From positions 18,662,001-18,726,000 of the forward strand of contig NC_073381.1 of the NCBI RefSeq assembly GCF_028641065.1: a stretch of 64,000 nt of DNA, read 5' to 3'. Position numbers and translations under genes: made by a program. The stretch is from Leucoraja erinacea (taxonomy: Eukaryota). Each line of letters begins with the position of its first letter. Within the stretch, counting starts at the first letter, position 1. Shown piece after piece: positions 28,607 to 41,412 of this stretch. The notes below the pieces were generated by a model that made no database searches, had not been told where the DNA came from, and worked only from the letters and a program-made list of their open reading frames with translations.

Positions 28607-30329
28607 CTATGAAAAGTAAATGAGATAATGTGAGGACCATATTCAGAACGACCTTCCAACTACATGCCTGAACATTTCTGAGCGTCTGTAAAGCAGGCAA
28701 TATATCAAGCAATAGCATTAAATTTTACAACTGTCTGTGATTTCTTCTAAAAATAACAAAGCCGTTCAAATCTTTCATGTTAAAAGAATTCCTCACTGTG
28801 CAGTGGGAGGATTCATTAGGTGATAATTAAAAGCATGCGTTCTGAGAAATGATTAACTGTGATCCAGTGAGGTGGCTATTTTCAGTTCTGAGTTCTACTG
28901 AAACTATAATCAAGTTACAAGGCTACGTTAAATATTTCAGATACATCACACCCCAAAATAGTCATAATAATCGCACTGAACATATTAACAGATCATTAAT
29001 CAACCTTTATAGGTTATGACAATTTTAACACAGCCATTCTCTGGGGACATTGATACCATGGATTTCTTTTCATTTTTCAACATAAATAACCTTGAATTTA
29101 AAACAGTTTTGTGCGTAATTTTAAATTGCTTTGAACCCCATGCTAAGAAAGAAACAAACATTAATTTTGTTTCAAATAAAGCTACCTGAAAGAACTAATT
29201 CTTAAATAACCAATTGTATAACATGTCCATTTTAAAAAGTCATAATTCATAATACAGTACCTCACAATACCGGACCTCTAAATAGTGGATTTTGGTTAGG
29301 TATCCCATTAAGGCTCCCGTTGCTCTGCCCCCCCACTTTCATCAGTTACCCAATGAGCTGGGGTCACCTGGCATGCTTCCAGTCGTGGTAGCGGAGAGAG
29401 TAAGCAACATGAAGGTGGTGTGACTGGGCCCGCTTGTTTAACACCCCCAACATGTCTTTCTTTCCTCCCAGTGTTGGTTGAACTTTATCCGCCCCCTCAC
29501 TCGGTTATAGTGTACAGTTGGCAATAACAGACCATTATTGCAAGGGTTTACTATAATAATTGATTATCAAAAACAATGGGATGGCCTCAAAAATAGGATT
29601 TTTTAATATATTGGCTGTACAACCATAGCGTGTCACATTAAGGAGTCAGTTAATGATCAAGAAACATATAAAGAATAGCCCACTAGGACTTTCAACCAAG
29701 CTCAGTTTTTCAAAAAGATCAAGACTGATCTCTTACCATCTCCATTTTCCAGATACAAATCCTTTCTATTCTTCACAATCAAGGGTGACAGCCACTTGCC
29801 TTCCTAATCACTTGCTGCTCCTACATGTTAAATGTGCCCTTACCTGCAGGTACTCATTATAACAGTTTTGCATAATTTAAGCTATTACTCACAGAACTAT
29901 GTAGCATGGAAACAGTTTCTTCGGTCCAACTCATCCGTGCTGACCAAGTTGCCCAACCAGAGTGGATAGATTTGTCTTTTTACCTCCCAACTTGTACCTA
30001 TCCAAGTATCTTTTAAATGTCCCAATTGTAGCTGCCACTACACTTCCTCAGCCAGTTTGTTCCATTATATTCTTCTTTATAATATATCTAAAATCCTCTG
30101 CCTACTTGCTATCTATTCGCATCTAGCCATTTAACATAAACTCAGCAGGACCAACATGTGTGTCGGGTTTGGGTTGATTCAAGTGCATAATCAGATTAAA
30201 AATTCATGTTCAGGTTGGGCTAAGCTATGCCAAGCCAATTGAATATTTTATCCAGCTCACTGGTTTCATTGGTTTATTACTTTCATGTGTACCAAAATAC
30301 AGTGAGAAACTTTGTTTGCATGCTCGATG

Positions 30330-31250
30330 GGGGCGCAGCGAGTCGGCTGCCCTGCCAGCAGCGTTAGTTTTTTCCACTTTTTTTGTTTTTTTAGTGTCCC
30401 AATGCGTGTTTTTAATGTTTCTTGGTGTGTTTTGTGTGGGGCGTGGTGTGGGGGGGTAACGGGGGGGGGGGGGGGTAGGGGGGAAACCACTTTGGCCGCC
30501 TCCTCCACGGAGAGGCGACTTTTCCATGTCGCCTCCCTCGCGGCCTAACACAGAGGATCGGTGCGGCCTTTCCCGGAGACGCGCCCGGGGCTTCAGCAGC
30601 TGGCGCAGTGTGGACTCTTTCGTCACGGAGCGGGCGAGCCCTCGCCAGGGGTCGCCGGAGGGGACGCTCCGTTCGCTGGCCCGCGGCAGCCTGAAGCCGC
30701 GGTCTGCGGTGCTCCAGCCGGCGCAGTGTCCGGAGCCTGGGATCCCTCGTTGGGGACCTCGGAGGAGAAGAGCTCCGACCACTGGCCCGCGGCCTACTTT
30801 TAACCGCGGGCGCGGCGGGGACTTACCATCCGGAGCGGGATCCCTCGCCGGGGATCCCTGGAGAGGAGCTCCGACCGCCGGCCCTGCGGTCTGCGGTGCT
30901 TCTAGCTGCGGCGCGGCAGGGACTTTAGATCTTCGACCGCCAGTCTGTGGCCTATGTCATCTTCAAGCCGCGGTCTCCGGTAGGGAAGCGCCGATTCGGG
31001 ATTTACCTTGGCTGCATATGTGCCTCCCGCAGCAGCGACTGCGGTGGGTTGTGGTCCCAACCACAGGGGATAATGGAGGAGGACTGACCAAACTTTGTGC
31101 TTTCCACCAGAGTGATGAATGCTGTGGTGGATGTTTGTGTTAAATTTTTATTGTGCATTGTGTGTTCTTTTTTTGATTGTACCGCTGCTGGCAAAATCAT
31201 TTCACTGCACTTTATGTGCACGCGACAAATAAATCTGACGACTTGACCCA
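30330..31250 (+). mobile_element. GC-rich non-autonomous retroposon family (related copies at 35240-35828 minus, 47988-48758 plus, 24724-24888 minus)
   Basis: Shared order of T-rich tract, G-run+gaaac, GC-rich body and gacaa(a)taaa tail. The 47988 copy ends in (aattca)n. Confidence 0.55.
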
Positions 31251-31774
31251 AGCATGTTATCAGTTTATTTATTCATGTGTGTATATACGTATATAATGGT
31301 ATATGGACACACTGATCTGTTTTGTAGTCAATGCCTACTATGTTATGTTGTGCTGAAGCAAAACAAGAATTTCATTGTCCTATCAGGAACACATGACAAT
31401 AAACTCTTGAATCTTGAATCTTGAAGCAGGTGGGAACCTCAGACCTCAGAAGTGAGAGGTTGAAGATGTCCGTAAAAACTCCAGCCAGTTGGTCCGCACA
31501 GGTTTTTAGAACACGACCGGGTATATCATCAGGTCCAGGCACTTTATACCAAAGTAGGGGTCCACAGTCAATGATCTTTTGTGTACACCTGAGTGGGGTG
31601 AGAGAAAGAGGACGGGGAAAGGGGCCGAAAGGGAGGAGTCCATGGGCAATGGGTGGATGTTGTGGGTGAAAAAGCAACAGGAAGAGGAGAGGCAGGGTGT
31701 AATGCGAAAGAAGGGTACGTGCGAGAGGATCAGGGTGGACAAAAGGAATGAGGAAGAGCAAGGGAGTTGGCAGA

Positions 31775-33045
31775 TTACAGAGGTACTGTTCCCCTAGTTT
31801 CACTTCAGTTTTCCAGGCCCTCATTCCCCCATTTTTACTGTGGACGTTCTGTCATTCTACACCTCCGTCCCCCACCAGGAAGACCTTAAAGCCCTACCTT
31901 TCCTCCTCGACAGCAGTACCAGCCAATTTCCCTCTACTAACACCCTCCTCCCCCCCAGCAGAGCTGGTCCTCACTCTCAACAACTTCTCTTTCGACTCCT
32001 CCCACTTCCTCCAAATCAAAGGCATAGCCATCGGCACTCACATGGGCCCCAGTTTGCCTCTTTGTAGGCTATGTCGAACAATCCCTGTTCCAGGCGAACA
32101 CTAGCCCTATCTCTGAACTCTATCGCCTCTACATTGATGACTGCATCAATGCTACCTCCTGCACCCATGCAGAACTCATGGACTTGATTTACTTCACTAC
32201 CAATTTCCATCCTGCACTCAAAGTCACTTGGACCATCTCCAACACCACCCTCCCCTTTCTTGATCTCACCGTCTCCATCACAGGAGATAGACTATCGAAT
32301 GACATCTATTACAATCCTACTCTCCCATAACTATCTAGGCTACACTTCTTCCCACCCTGCCGCCTGCAAAGACTGGGTCCCCTACTCCCAATTCCTCCGT
32401 CTCCTAACATTTTCGCCACCTCCAAGGGATCCCACCACTAGTCATATTTTCCATTCTCCACCCCTTTTCACTTTCTGCAGAGACCATTCCCTCTACAACA
32501 CCCTGGTTAACTCATCCCCTCCCCAGGTACCATCCCCTGCAACCGCAAGAGATGCAACACCCGCCCCTACACCTCCTCCCTCGACTCTGTCCAAGGACCC
32601 CGACAGTCCTTTCAGGTTAGGCAGAACCTGAACCTCCTCCAACCTCAGCTACTGTATCTGTCGTTCCAGATGTGGACTCCTATATATCAGTGGGACGTGA
32701 TCTCCCGATTGCCAAACACTTTAACTTCCCTTCTGACCTTCCTGTCCTGGGCCTCCTCCATTGTTAGAGCGAGGCCAAATGCAAATTGGAGGAACAGCAC
32801 TTCATATTTCACTTGGGCAGCTTACAACCCAGCGGTATGACTTTGATTTCTCAAATTTCAAGTAAACCTTGCATCCCCTGGCTCTCCATCCCTCCCCCAT
32901 CCTGGTCGTCATACTAGTTTAAATATTGTACCGTTGAATTTCGCTATCTGTATAACTTGTTTTCACCTAGCCCACAGACAACAATGGACCATTGTGGGCT
33001 CCACCTTTCCTTCATCATCATTACTTATTGCATATCTTTCATTCA
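31775..33045 (+). mobile_element. Penelope-like element relic (RT to GIY-YIG)
   Basis: Motifs [37 protein letters not shown] and a GIY-YIG tail. Confidence 0.8.
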
Positions 33046-34308
33046 TCTATCTATATAATAAAACTCTTCTTGTGTGTGAGAGTGAGAGTGAGAATGAGAA
33101 TGAGAGTGAGAGTGCGAGTGCGAGTGCGAGTGCGACTGCGAGTGCGAGGGTGAGGGTGAGGGTGAGTCAGAGTGAGTGTGAGAGTGAGAGAGATGGGCAC
33201 AATCTGATTCATTCCTATTTTCTTCCAAACGCTAGGCCAGTCTTCCCATTTTCACACATTCTACTCACATTTTTTCTGTCAAGGCGATAAACATCTTCCC
33301 AACACATTCCCACCTATATTTCTGAACGTTTTAATCGTTTAAAGTTTTAAAAACAGCCTGAAAACTCACCCATTTTGGGGAAAAAAACCCTGAGTGACGT
33401 CACAATGGACTCGTAAGGCAGGACTGGACACTCCGGGAGGGAGGGGCCACTCCAGCGCTCGTGCAGTGGCTGCCGGCGCCCAACACCTGGTGGCGAGGAT
33501 GGAGCCGCGGGCCCTGGCTGGAGCCGAGCCTGGTGCTCGAGCTAGAGTGAGAGCCAAGCCCGGGGCTTGGGGTGGGGCCGTGACCGGGACCGAGAAATAA
33601 GCCGCCGCTGGAACCAAGGACGACCTGGGTAGGTCCTGGGGCAGAGAATGGGAGTGGGACAGGGAATGGGAGTGAGGGGAGGAGGAGGGGGAGATGGGGT
33701 GGGGGGGGTGGTGTGGAGGAGGGGATGGGGGGGGGGGGGGTGGTGTGGAGGAGGGAGATAGGGCAGGGGGTGGTGGTGTGGAGGAGGGAGATGGGGCGGG
33801 GGGGGGTGGTGTGGAGGAGGGAGATGGGGCAGGGGGTGGTGGTGTGGAGGAGGGAGATGGGGACGGTTGGAGGATGGAGATGCCCCCTCCCTATCTACCC
33901 TCACTCTAACCCTATCTACACCCCTCCCTCTCTACCCACTTCCTCTCTACCCTCCCACCCCCAACTCTATCCCTCTCGCTCTACCCCCTTCCCTCTCTCT
34001 CTCTCTCGACTCCCCTCCCTCTCTGCCCCTCTCCCTACGTCCTCCTCCCCTCCCTCTCTACTACCCCTCCCTCTCTACTACCCCTCCCTCTCTACCACCC
34101 CACCCTCTCTACCACCCCACCCTCTCTAGGAATTGAAGAGGGAGCGTGAAGAGGAAGAGGAGGGCTTGCTGGGCGATGATGATGAGAAGAAATGAGTTGC
34201 GCCTGCGCAATTGGGGGCTATGCGTGTGTGGTGCAATATTGTGTTGGGGGAACAGGTGAGTGGTGGTATCTTGCATTGGGGGAGCACCAACGGGTCGGCA
34301 CGGTCTAG
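33046..34308 (+). mobile_element. Non-autonomous Helitron with microsatellite and G-/C-rich tracts
   Basis: Starts A|TCtatctatataataaaact and ends ggtCTAG|T. Sub-terminal sequence shared with the Helitrons at 22.5-24.5 kb. Confidence 0.7.
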
Positions 34309-35829
34309 TGAGTACTATATCTCTCGCTTCCCTATCCCCTGACTCTCAGTCTCCACCTCCAGTTTAAATTCCATGTGGAATATTTTGGAGGACCAGGAAA
34401 CCAAGAAGGGTCTTGACCCAAAACGTTACCTATTCCTTTTCTCCAGAGATGCCTCCAGAGATGGTCTTGGAGGGGAGGATGCTCCTCAAACTGTGCAGTA
34501 TCTTGGACAATACAGCTCACCCCCTCTATGACACACTGATTAACCTGAGGAGTACCTTCAGCAACAGACTGGTTCCACCAAGATGCAGTACAGAATGCCT
34601 CAGAACATCTTTATTCCCTGTGGCTATCAAACTGTACAACCTCCCCCTTCTGTCATGGGGTCGACTGACTTCCCTCCCCCCACCTCCCCAATCTTTGCAC
34701 ATCCCTAATACTTTCCAGTCATAACTTTAATTTCATGTTTCATGTATCTTGTGTTCTATGACTGTCGGTAGACCAATTTCCCTCCTGGGATAAATAAAGT
34801 TCTATTGTATCGTACGTTTCCTGACCCTCTGAGTTACTCCAGCATTTTGTGTCTATCTGCCCCTGAGTGTGTGTTTAGCTTCATCCTGGCAGTGGAGGAG
34901 GCCGAGGACAGACAGTGGGATGTGAAAGTGTTTTGAAATGGTTTGCAACCAGGAGCTTCAGGTGTCTATGACAGAGAATTTCCACCCATGTCCTCTAGCT
35001 TGGTTACTACAAACAGTTTGTCCCATAACTACACCTGACATTTTATTATATTTACTGAGTTCTTCCAGCACTTCATCTTACAGCCTCTTGATTCCCACAA
35101 AAAGTTAATTGCTTTACCACGACAGGGAAAAGGTCAAATGCTTTTAAATATATATAATGGAATCCTGGACTATTATAACTTATATTTCATCTCAAGCAGG
35201 CTTTCTCCAGTAGATTGATAAGTGAGAGAGATAAGAGGTCGCCCACCGGGTCTTGGTGTTAGAGCCCTTGGCGTGCGCTCGCAGAGTCCCGCGGCCATTC
35301 CAAGCCGCGCGGGGCGGTGATGTTAGGCCCCCGCTCCAGGAGCTCCTCGACCCCGCAACTCGGGCGGGGGAAGTCACCGATGCGAGAGCCCTGAAAAAGC
35401 GGTCTCCCTCCAGGGACCCACGGGCTCCCGGTGCCGCCGTCCACAGACCTGCAGTTAAAGCCTCCGACTCTCCGGTCGGGCTGCAGCAGCAGCAGCAGCA
35501 GCAGCAGCGCTCCTCCACCGCTCCACCCGCTCCGGACTCGGCCAGCCCCGCGATGGTGAGGTGAGTCGTCGGAACCAGAGTCCCCGGTCTCTTCCTGTTG
35601 GAGGCCGCTCCTCGTTGCAGCCCCAACGATAACGGAGGCCCGACGAGAAAAGGTCGGGTCTCCCGTGCAGGGAGAGATTTAAAAGTTTCCCCCTCCCTCC
35701 CACTCCACCCCCACACACACACCCCAACAAAAAATAACAAAAACTACATAAAAACATAGACAGAAAATAATAAAACGCGGACGGGCTACAGAGGCCACTG
35801 CTGACGAGAGTCGTGCCGCCCACCAGAGC

Positions 35830-36238
35830 TACCAGTTGATGAGAGAGAGAAGCCCAGACTAGTCCCAGTGAGGTGTATTGAGACAATGACCGATGCCTTT
35901 GAAATGTCTTGTCTTGAAAGTACCAACTGATAGGATGCCTTTGATATGCGACTGCTGATTGACAAGAGACACTCAGATGCATCCTGTGGTAATGTGTATT
36001 GACTGTACCTCTGACCATGACTAACATCTTTGGAATGCGCTTAGGTGACAAAAAAACAGTATAAAATACCATGTAATTCTTTGTTCATGGAATTGGTGAC
36101 ACGAGGAAAGTCAAGTGTCTGTGTTGCTTACTTGGCTGGTATTCTCACCACTTCCATCGGCCAATAATCAGTAAAGCTTGAATTGGTCAACCTAACCGTT
36201 TTGTGAGTTGTCTGTTTATTAAGTAGTGAACCTTTTCA
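35830..36238 (+). mobile_element. 5' LTR of an endogenous retrovirus (5' boundary uncertain)
   Basis: TATAAAA at 36060, AGTAAA polyA-like signal at 36170, ending ...ttttCA one base before the PBS. Confidence 0.7.
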
Positions 36239-36239
36239 T

Positions 36240-36257
36240 TGGTGTAGTCGGCAGGAC
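36240..36257 (+). promoter_or_regulatory. Primer-binding site for tRNA-Ser
   Basis: TGGTGTAGTCGGCAGGAC is a 16/18 match to TGGCGTAGTCGGCAGGAT, the complement of the vertebrate tRNA-Ser(AGA) 3' end as recalled. Confidence 0.8.
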
Positions 36258-37015
36258 CTAGCTGGAACCATCAACAGATGACTGCGGAAGAGGCTATAGA
36301 GTAGGTATGTTGCAAAGCCTACCTGAAGAGTCGTTGAAAATCTGCCCCAGCCCGTGTGTGTGATTTTGGCGCTGTTTTGAGGGGGCGGGTTTAAAACGCG
36401 ATTTTCACTAGGCTGTTGCAATCGAAAATGTTCAGCCTAGTAAATCATTAACGAAAAATCGCTGAAAGACCCCGTCGCAAAAGGTAATATTAGTTTTTAT
36501 GGTCTTGAAAATAGTTATAGTAGTTTAAAAATCACTCTCTAAACCCGCGACCTCTCGCAGCCCCAGGGTTTTATAAAGCAAACAATTAAAGGTATGTACC
36601 TTATTTTTACATTAAAAAGGGCTTCTTTAGAACCCTTTATACAAGTTTAATATTGCGAGTAGCTAATTTTGGCCCCATTGTATCCCGCAGTATTTTTCTG
36701 GGCATTTGAGGGCACAAATCTACCGCAATGTGAACGTTCTAAACCAGCACGTTCACAGGATCCCACTAGAAAGCTGATTTAAAATGGACTTTAATAGTAA
36801 GATTAAACGAGTACTTACCAGTACGAAGTTTGATCTGTATTTTATGAGGAGTTACGATGAGGGATTACGTGAAGAACCCACCCAGCGCGCAGGCGCGGCA
36901 TACTTCCAAGCAGCGGTGTGGAATCACAGATAGACACTAGTTGAAGTAAAGATAGTGAAGACCAACGAGACATTAGTCCGAATTTGATCTATATAATGAG
37001 GGTGGGAGCGGAGGG

Positions 37016-37128
37016 CACGTAATCCCTCATCGTAACTCCTCATAAAATACAGATCAAACTTCGTACTGGTAAGTACTCGTTTAATCTTACTATTTTACTT
37101 CGGAGTCACGTGAGTGACTACGTGAAGA
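37016..37128. repeat. DIRS internal complementary region (ICR)
   Basis: 37016-37094 is the exact reverse complement of 36793-36871, and 37092-37128 is the reverse complement of 41552-41588. Confidence 0.95.
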
Positions 37129-37286
37129 CTTCAAAGGTCTGTGATTTCAAACCGTGTAACAGTTATATCACTCACTGCCGAAAGATCATCGAGGGAGGAA
37201 GTGGTAGCTAGAGACCAACAAGTTTGTTTAGTTATAAAAGAAATATTTATTAACTATAACAAAAAACAAAATAGCTCCCATGGGCT

Positions 37287-38302
37287 TTAAATCATAACTT
37301 TGCGGTTTTTAAAACGGTATCCGCAAAGACGTCCTGTTCCATCAGCGGGTTTGTTGTAAAATCGTTGGAATGTCGATTCCCTTGACCATCCCGCTGCTCT
37401 GAGGATGTGGTCGAGGGGAACCTGCATCCTATCCGCCGCTGAGGTGGACGCTGCCCTGGTTGAATGGGATTTAAAAACATTTGTGTTAATCCCTGCCATG
37501 CTGAGGACCTGTTTCAACCATCTGGATAATGTTTGGCTGGTTACCCGTCCAAAAGGCTTTCTGTGGCTAACCCATAAGGCTTTCTCTCTCCCTCTTAGCG
37601 TTTGGGTTGTGTCTAGATAATGATGAAGGTGGGTCACCACACACAGCCTAGGTTCTGGAGGGTAAGCCCGGAAGATCAACGGGGAGTTTGATGTACCTGG
37701 TCTACTTTGTTTTACCAACCCCGGCATGGTGAAAGTAATGGTATCTGGGGTGGTCACCATGTAGTTCAGATTAAGCTGATGGAGCGACTGAACCCTTTGA
37801 GCTGAGACAAGCGCCATGAGCATGAGGGTTTTGTAAGTGACCTGTTCCAGGCTCAGGGATCCCACCGGAGGCCAACCTCGAAGGTGTGTGAGAACTACAC
37901 TCACATCCCACATGTGAGTGTATCTAGGTGTAGGGGGTTTGGTATTAAAGATCCCCTTAAGGAGTCTGATGACTAGAGGGTGGGATCCCACACTATGCTG
38001 TTCTATCGGCATGAGGTATGCGGACAGTGCGCTCCGAGCCGTATTGATGGCACTGTAGCTCATCTTGAGATCATGGTGCAGGTGGGCCAGGAACTCCAGC
38101 ACATCCGAGATCGAAGTCGTCGTGTAGGATGTCCCTGCGTCCAGACAGTACTGTTCCCATTTCCTGATGAAGGTCAGGTACTGTTTCTTGGTGGAACTCG
38201 CAGGGATGCCGACATGGTGGTGATTGTTCTGTCTGATAACCCCAATCCCCGGTAAGGCCTGTTCAAAATCTGGAAACCAGGAGTTTCAATTTTTGGTGGC
38301 AT
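37287..38302 (-). CDS. DIRS tyrosine recombinase with a single -1 frameshift near 38197
   Basis: Catalytic motifs SAQRV, HSTR, AGW and FQRFY. The N-terminal MSASLR/STKKQY junction is one base short of frame. Confidence 0.88.
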
Positions 38303-40314
38303 GGATGGCTAATGCCAGTTACCGGGTGAGTCAATAATTGGGGGTGGTGTTGAAGGACCATTGGTGTCTCTACCACCATGTCGTGGAACATTGGGAACCA
38401 TGGTTGGGTAGGCCAGTCGGGCACGACCAGAATGCCAGAGGCTGAGTCTGCCTGAATTTTCTGGAGTACCCGACTGATGAGGCAGAAGGGAGGGAAAGCA
38501 TAGAAAAAGAAATTTCCCCAGTCCAGCGTGAAGGCATCTACCGCTGCTGCCTCTGGGTCTGGTTCCCAAGCCACATACATGGGTAGTTGGTGATTTAACC
38601 TAGACGCAAACAAATCTATATCTGGCGTACCATATTGCTTGATAATTTTAGCAAATGATTTTGGGTCCAACATCCATTCGATGTTGTCGTTGAATTTTCG
38701 TGACCTGGTGTCCGCCACTAAATTTAGCTTGCCTGGTAAATAGGCAGCTGATAGCCAAATATGTCTCTCGACACACCATTGCCAGATTATAGCAGTTAAT
38801 TTGTCGCATGATACTGATTTAATACCACCCATGTGCTGGATATAAGATACTGCCGTAGTGTTGTCGATCATAATTCTAACATGCACGTGTCGCATACCAG
38901 ATGCATATGCTTTTAGCCCATAAAAGGCGGCGAGCATTTCCAAAAAGTTAATGCCCAGTGATTGTAGTAGCGATGCCTCTGAGTTAGTCCATCTGCCACC
39001 TGTGCTGTCTTTGGAGTTAGTAGCTCCCCAGCCTAAAGCACTGGCATCCGTTGCAATGGTTATGTTAGGATTGGTTACGGTGATAGGACTGTGACTGTGC
39101 CAAATATTGTCAACCCACCACTGAAGTTCTGATTTGGCTTCAGCGGGTAAATCCATTTTGCGATCATAATGCCCCCTATGAAGGCGTAATGCATGAGTCC
39201 TTGCTCTTTGTAGATTTTGATAATGCAAGGGCCCATGTTGGGCAGCCGGAAATGCTGCTACTATAGAGCCAATAACTCTGGCTACATGCCGTATTCTAGG
39301 TTGCGGTGTGGCAATTAAATGGCTACAAGCTTCAATGAGTGAAACTGTTTTGTTTCTGGGCAGAGTGACAGTCATGTGAATCGTGTCAATAGTGAAGCCT
39401 AAGTAATCCATGTTAGTAGTAGGCTCCAATATTGATTTATCTGGGTGGAGGATAAAACCCAAAGTTTCAAGGAGTTGTTTAGTGGCTAACACTCCTGCGA
39501 CAGCTTGTTCCCGTGTTCTTCCTAATATGAGAACATCGTCCAGATAGGCCACTACTAAATGTTTTAGTTCTCTCAATTTCTTCATGGCCACTTTAAGAAT
39601 TTTCGTAAATAGTCTGGGAGCTGTCGTTAAACCATTGGGCAAAGCTCGGTACTGCCATAGCTGGCCCCTCCAGATAAATTTCAGATATTTAAAGTAATCT
39701 TTATGAATGGGTACCAAATAGTAAGCATCTTTGATATCTATGCTTGCCATGTAGTATCCCTTGGAGATCAGTTGTCTGGCAGTGACAAATGTCTCCATTT
39801 TGAAATGTTGATACTCAACAGACTGATTGAGTGATGTCAGATCAATAATAATGCGACATCCACCATCTTTTTTGGTTTTGAGAAAAATATTTGATACAAA
39901 TTCTTGCGGCTCGTGTGTGGTCATTTCTATGATGCCTTTAGCCACGAGCCGATCAAGTTCAGCTTGTCCTTCTACCTTCTCAACTGCCGAGGGAAGGAAC
40001 ACCCTTTGGGGCATGTGCTGAACTGGCGGTTCTACGCCTGGTTTGAATTCAATCTTGTATCCACTAATACTGTTGAGTATAAACTGATTGTTAGTAAGGG
40101 AGCACCAAACATGCTTGAAGAACCTCAAACGTCCCCCTGTTAATACTACACCCTTTGTCTGTGTATGTTGACAGGAACCAGACCCACCTACCTCCATGTT
40201 CACTTGTGGGGTCGTTTCCGGTGGGTCTGGCCCAAGGTTGTCCGTGTTGGTGCTGCGGTGGGGCGGCGCATCTTCCCACGGCTCCGCCCTGGGCCCCGCT
40301 CTAAAAAAGAGCAC
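38263..40314 (-). CDS. DIRS pol: reverse transcriptase, RNase H and DAM-like methyltransferase domain (first ATG at 40197)
   Basis: Uninterrupted 683 codons. RT: IIDL, IDIKDAY, LPNGL, YLDD. RNase H: TDAS, LEMLA, DNTTA, ADTRSR. MT: DLFASRLN, FYAFPPF, PDWPTQPWF. Confidence 0.95.
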   Translation of the reverse strand: MLFFRAGPRAEPWEDAPPHRSTNTDNLGPDPPETTPQVNMEVGGSGSCQHTQTKGVVLTGGRLRFFKHVWCSLTNNQFILNSISGYKIEFKPGVEPPVQHMPQRVFLPSAVEKVEGQAELDRLVAKGIIEMTTHEPQEFVSNIFLKTKKDGGCRIIIDLTSLNQSVEYQHFKMETFVTARQLISKGYYMASIDIKDAYYLVPIHKDYFKYLKFIWRGQLWQYRALPNGLTTAPRLFTKILKVAMKKLRELKHLVVAYLDDVLILGRTREQAVAGVLATKQLLETLGFILHPDKSILEPTTNMDYLGFTIDTIHMTVTLPRNKTVSLIEACSHLIATPQPRIRHVARVIGSIVAAFPAAQHGPLHYQNLQRARTHALRLHRGHYDRKMDLPAEAKSELQWWVDNIWHSHSPITVTNPNITIATDASALGWGATNSKDSTGGRWTNSEASLLQSLGINFLEMLAAFYGLKAYASGMRHVHVRIMIDNTTAVSYIQHMGGIKSVSCDKLTAIIWQWCVERHIWLSAAYLPGKLNLVADTRSRKFNDNIEWMLDPKSFAKIIKQYGTPDIDLFASRLNHQLPMYVAWEPDPEAAAVDAFTLDWGNFFFYAFPPFCLISRVLQKIQADSASGILVVPDWPTQPWFPMFHDMVVETPMVLQHHPQLLTHPVTGISHPCHQKLKLLVSRF

Positions 40315-41412
40315 TGGGGGTAGTGGGAGGCGGTCACCAGGCTTTCACCAGCTCGGTATCTGCTGGTGGCTGCCGAGGCGTGCGGCCAACTGGGTGTCTT
40401 CGCCCTGCTCGGTCCTGGCCCTGCCCTCATGAGGCCTACTGGTTTTGCCGCCTCTTCCAACTCCTTGAGCCTTTTGGCCAGATCCGCACCAAATAGCAGC
40501 GCCTGTCGTTCGGGCGCTGGAGCTTTACAGAGGCCGGCATATGTTGGGTTGAGGGCAGGCCTGATGTTGTCCCGCCGTAGGTTGTTTAGCTCATACGTGG
40601 TGCTGCACATCAGTGCGAGGGCATCCTGCTGGGGTATGGTCAGGTCTTCATCCCCAACGGACCGAGCAAAGGCGGGTGACGGCTGCTGAGTGGAGCTTCA
40701 GGACTCGCTGCATTTTGACCTCCTGAGCCCTTATGTGCTGCCCCAGCTGGTTCCAGATCTGCCCATTTACCGTCTTGACCCTCAGCGCCTCGCAATTTTC
40801 GGGCGCGATGTAGTTGTCAAGGGCCTGCTGGACAGCCTTGTCCTGCAGCGGGTTGTTGGACAGCCAGTTTATAGTTGCCGCCATTCTGGGTGGCAACACC
40901 ATCCCAGTTGTTGGTGGTGCCGCATATCGGCCCACTACACCCAGTAGCTCTTCTTCCGGCACGCCCGGCATGCTGACGATATCCTCCGCCTGCCCTTGGG
41001 ATAGGCCAGCCCAGTCCTGGCCTCCCTTACTGCCCTCGAATATAGAGGGTACAGAAGGGTGTGGAGAGGAGGAGGCCAAAGCCCGTCCTCCTGGGAGATG
41101 CCGCATCTCCTCATTAATCATACGCTCGAGGAGCTGCCTCATGCAGCTTATCCGAGCGTCTCCCCTTTTCGGTGGGGGAGAGTGTTCCCGTTCCTCCGAA
41201 TCATCGGAGGACACCGGCCGGTCGGTTTTCTGTGTCGCCTTCCTCCCTGTGCGGGGCGTTGAGATCTGCAGCACTGGGGGCGGCTCGGTGTCGGGTGAGC
41301 GGGAGCGTTGAAAAAGCTCCTCCGCTGCGAGAGGCTGCCGTCCCGCTATGGACCCGTCCTCGGGTGGAGTAGGGCAGGCAGTCCTCCTGGCTGGTCGCTT
41401 GCGAGAGGCCAT
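40200..41412 (-). CDS. DIRS gag-like ORF1 with a single +1 frameshift near 40675
   Basis: ORFs 40648-41412 and 40200-40610 join if one C is removed, giving ...HSAAVTAFARSVGDEDLTIPQQDALALMCSTTYELNNLRRDNIRP...LLFGADL. Confidence 0.8.

Noticed and set aside
30225-31143. Long GC-rich ORFs (185-205 aa; also 35192-36072, 48089-48724, 61156-61880)
   Set aside because: Overlapping ORFs in several frames inside dispersed GC-rich repeats, with no recognisable domains.
33073-33192. Ser/His-repeat ORF
   Set aside because: A (GAGAGT)n / (GCGAGT)n microsatellite at a Helitron 5' end.
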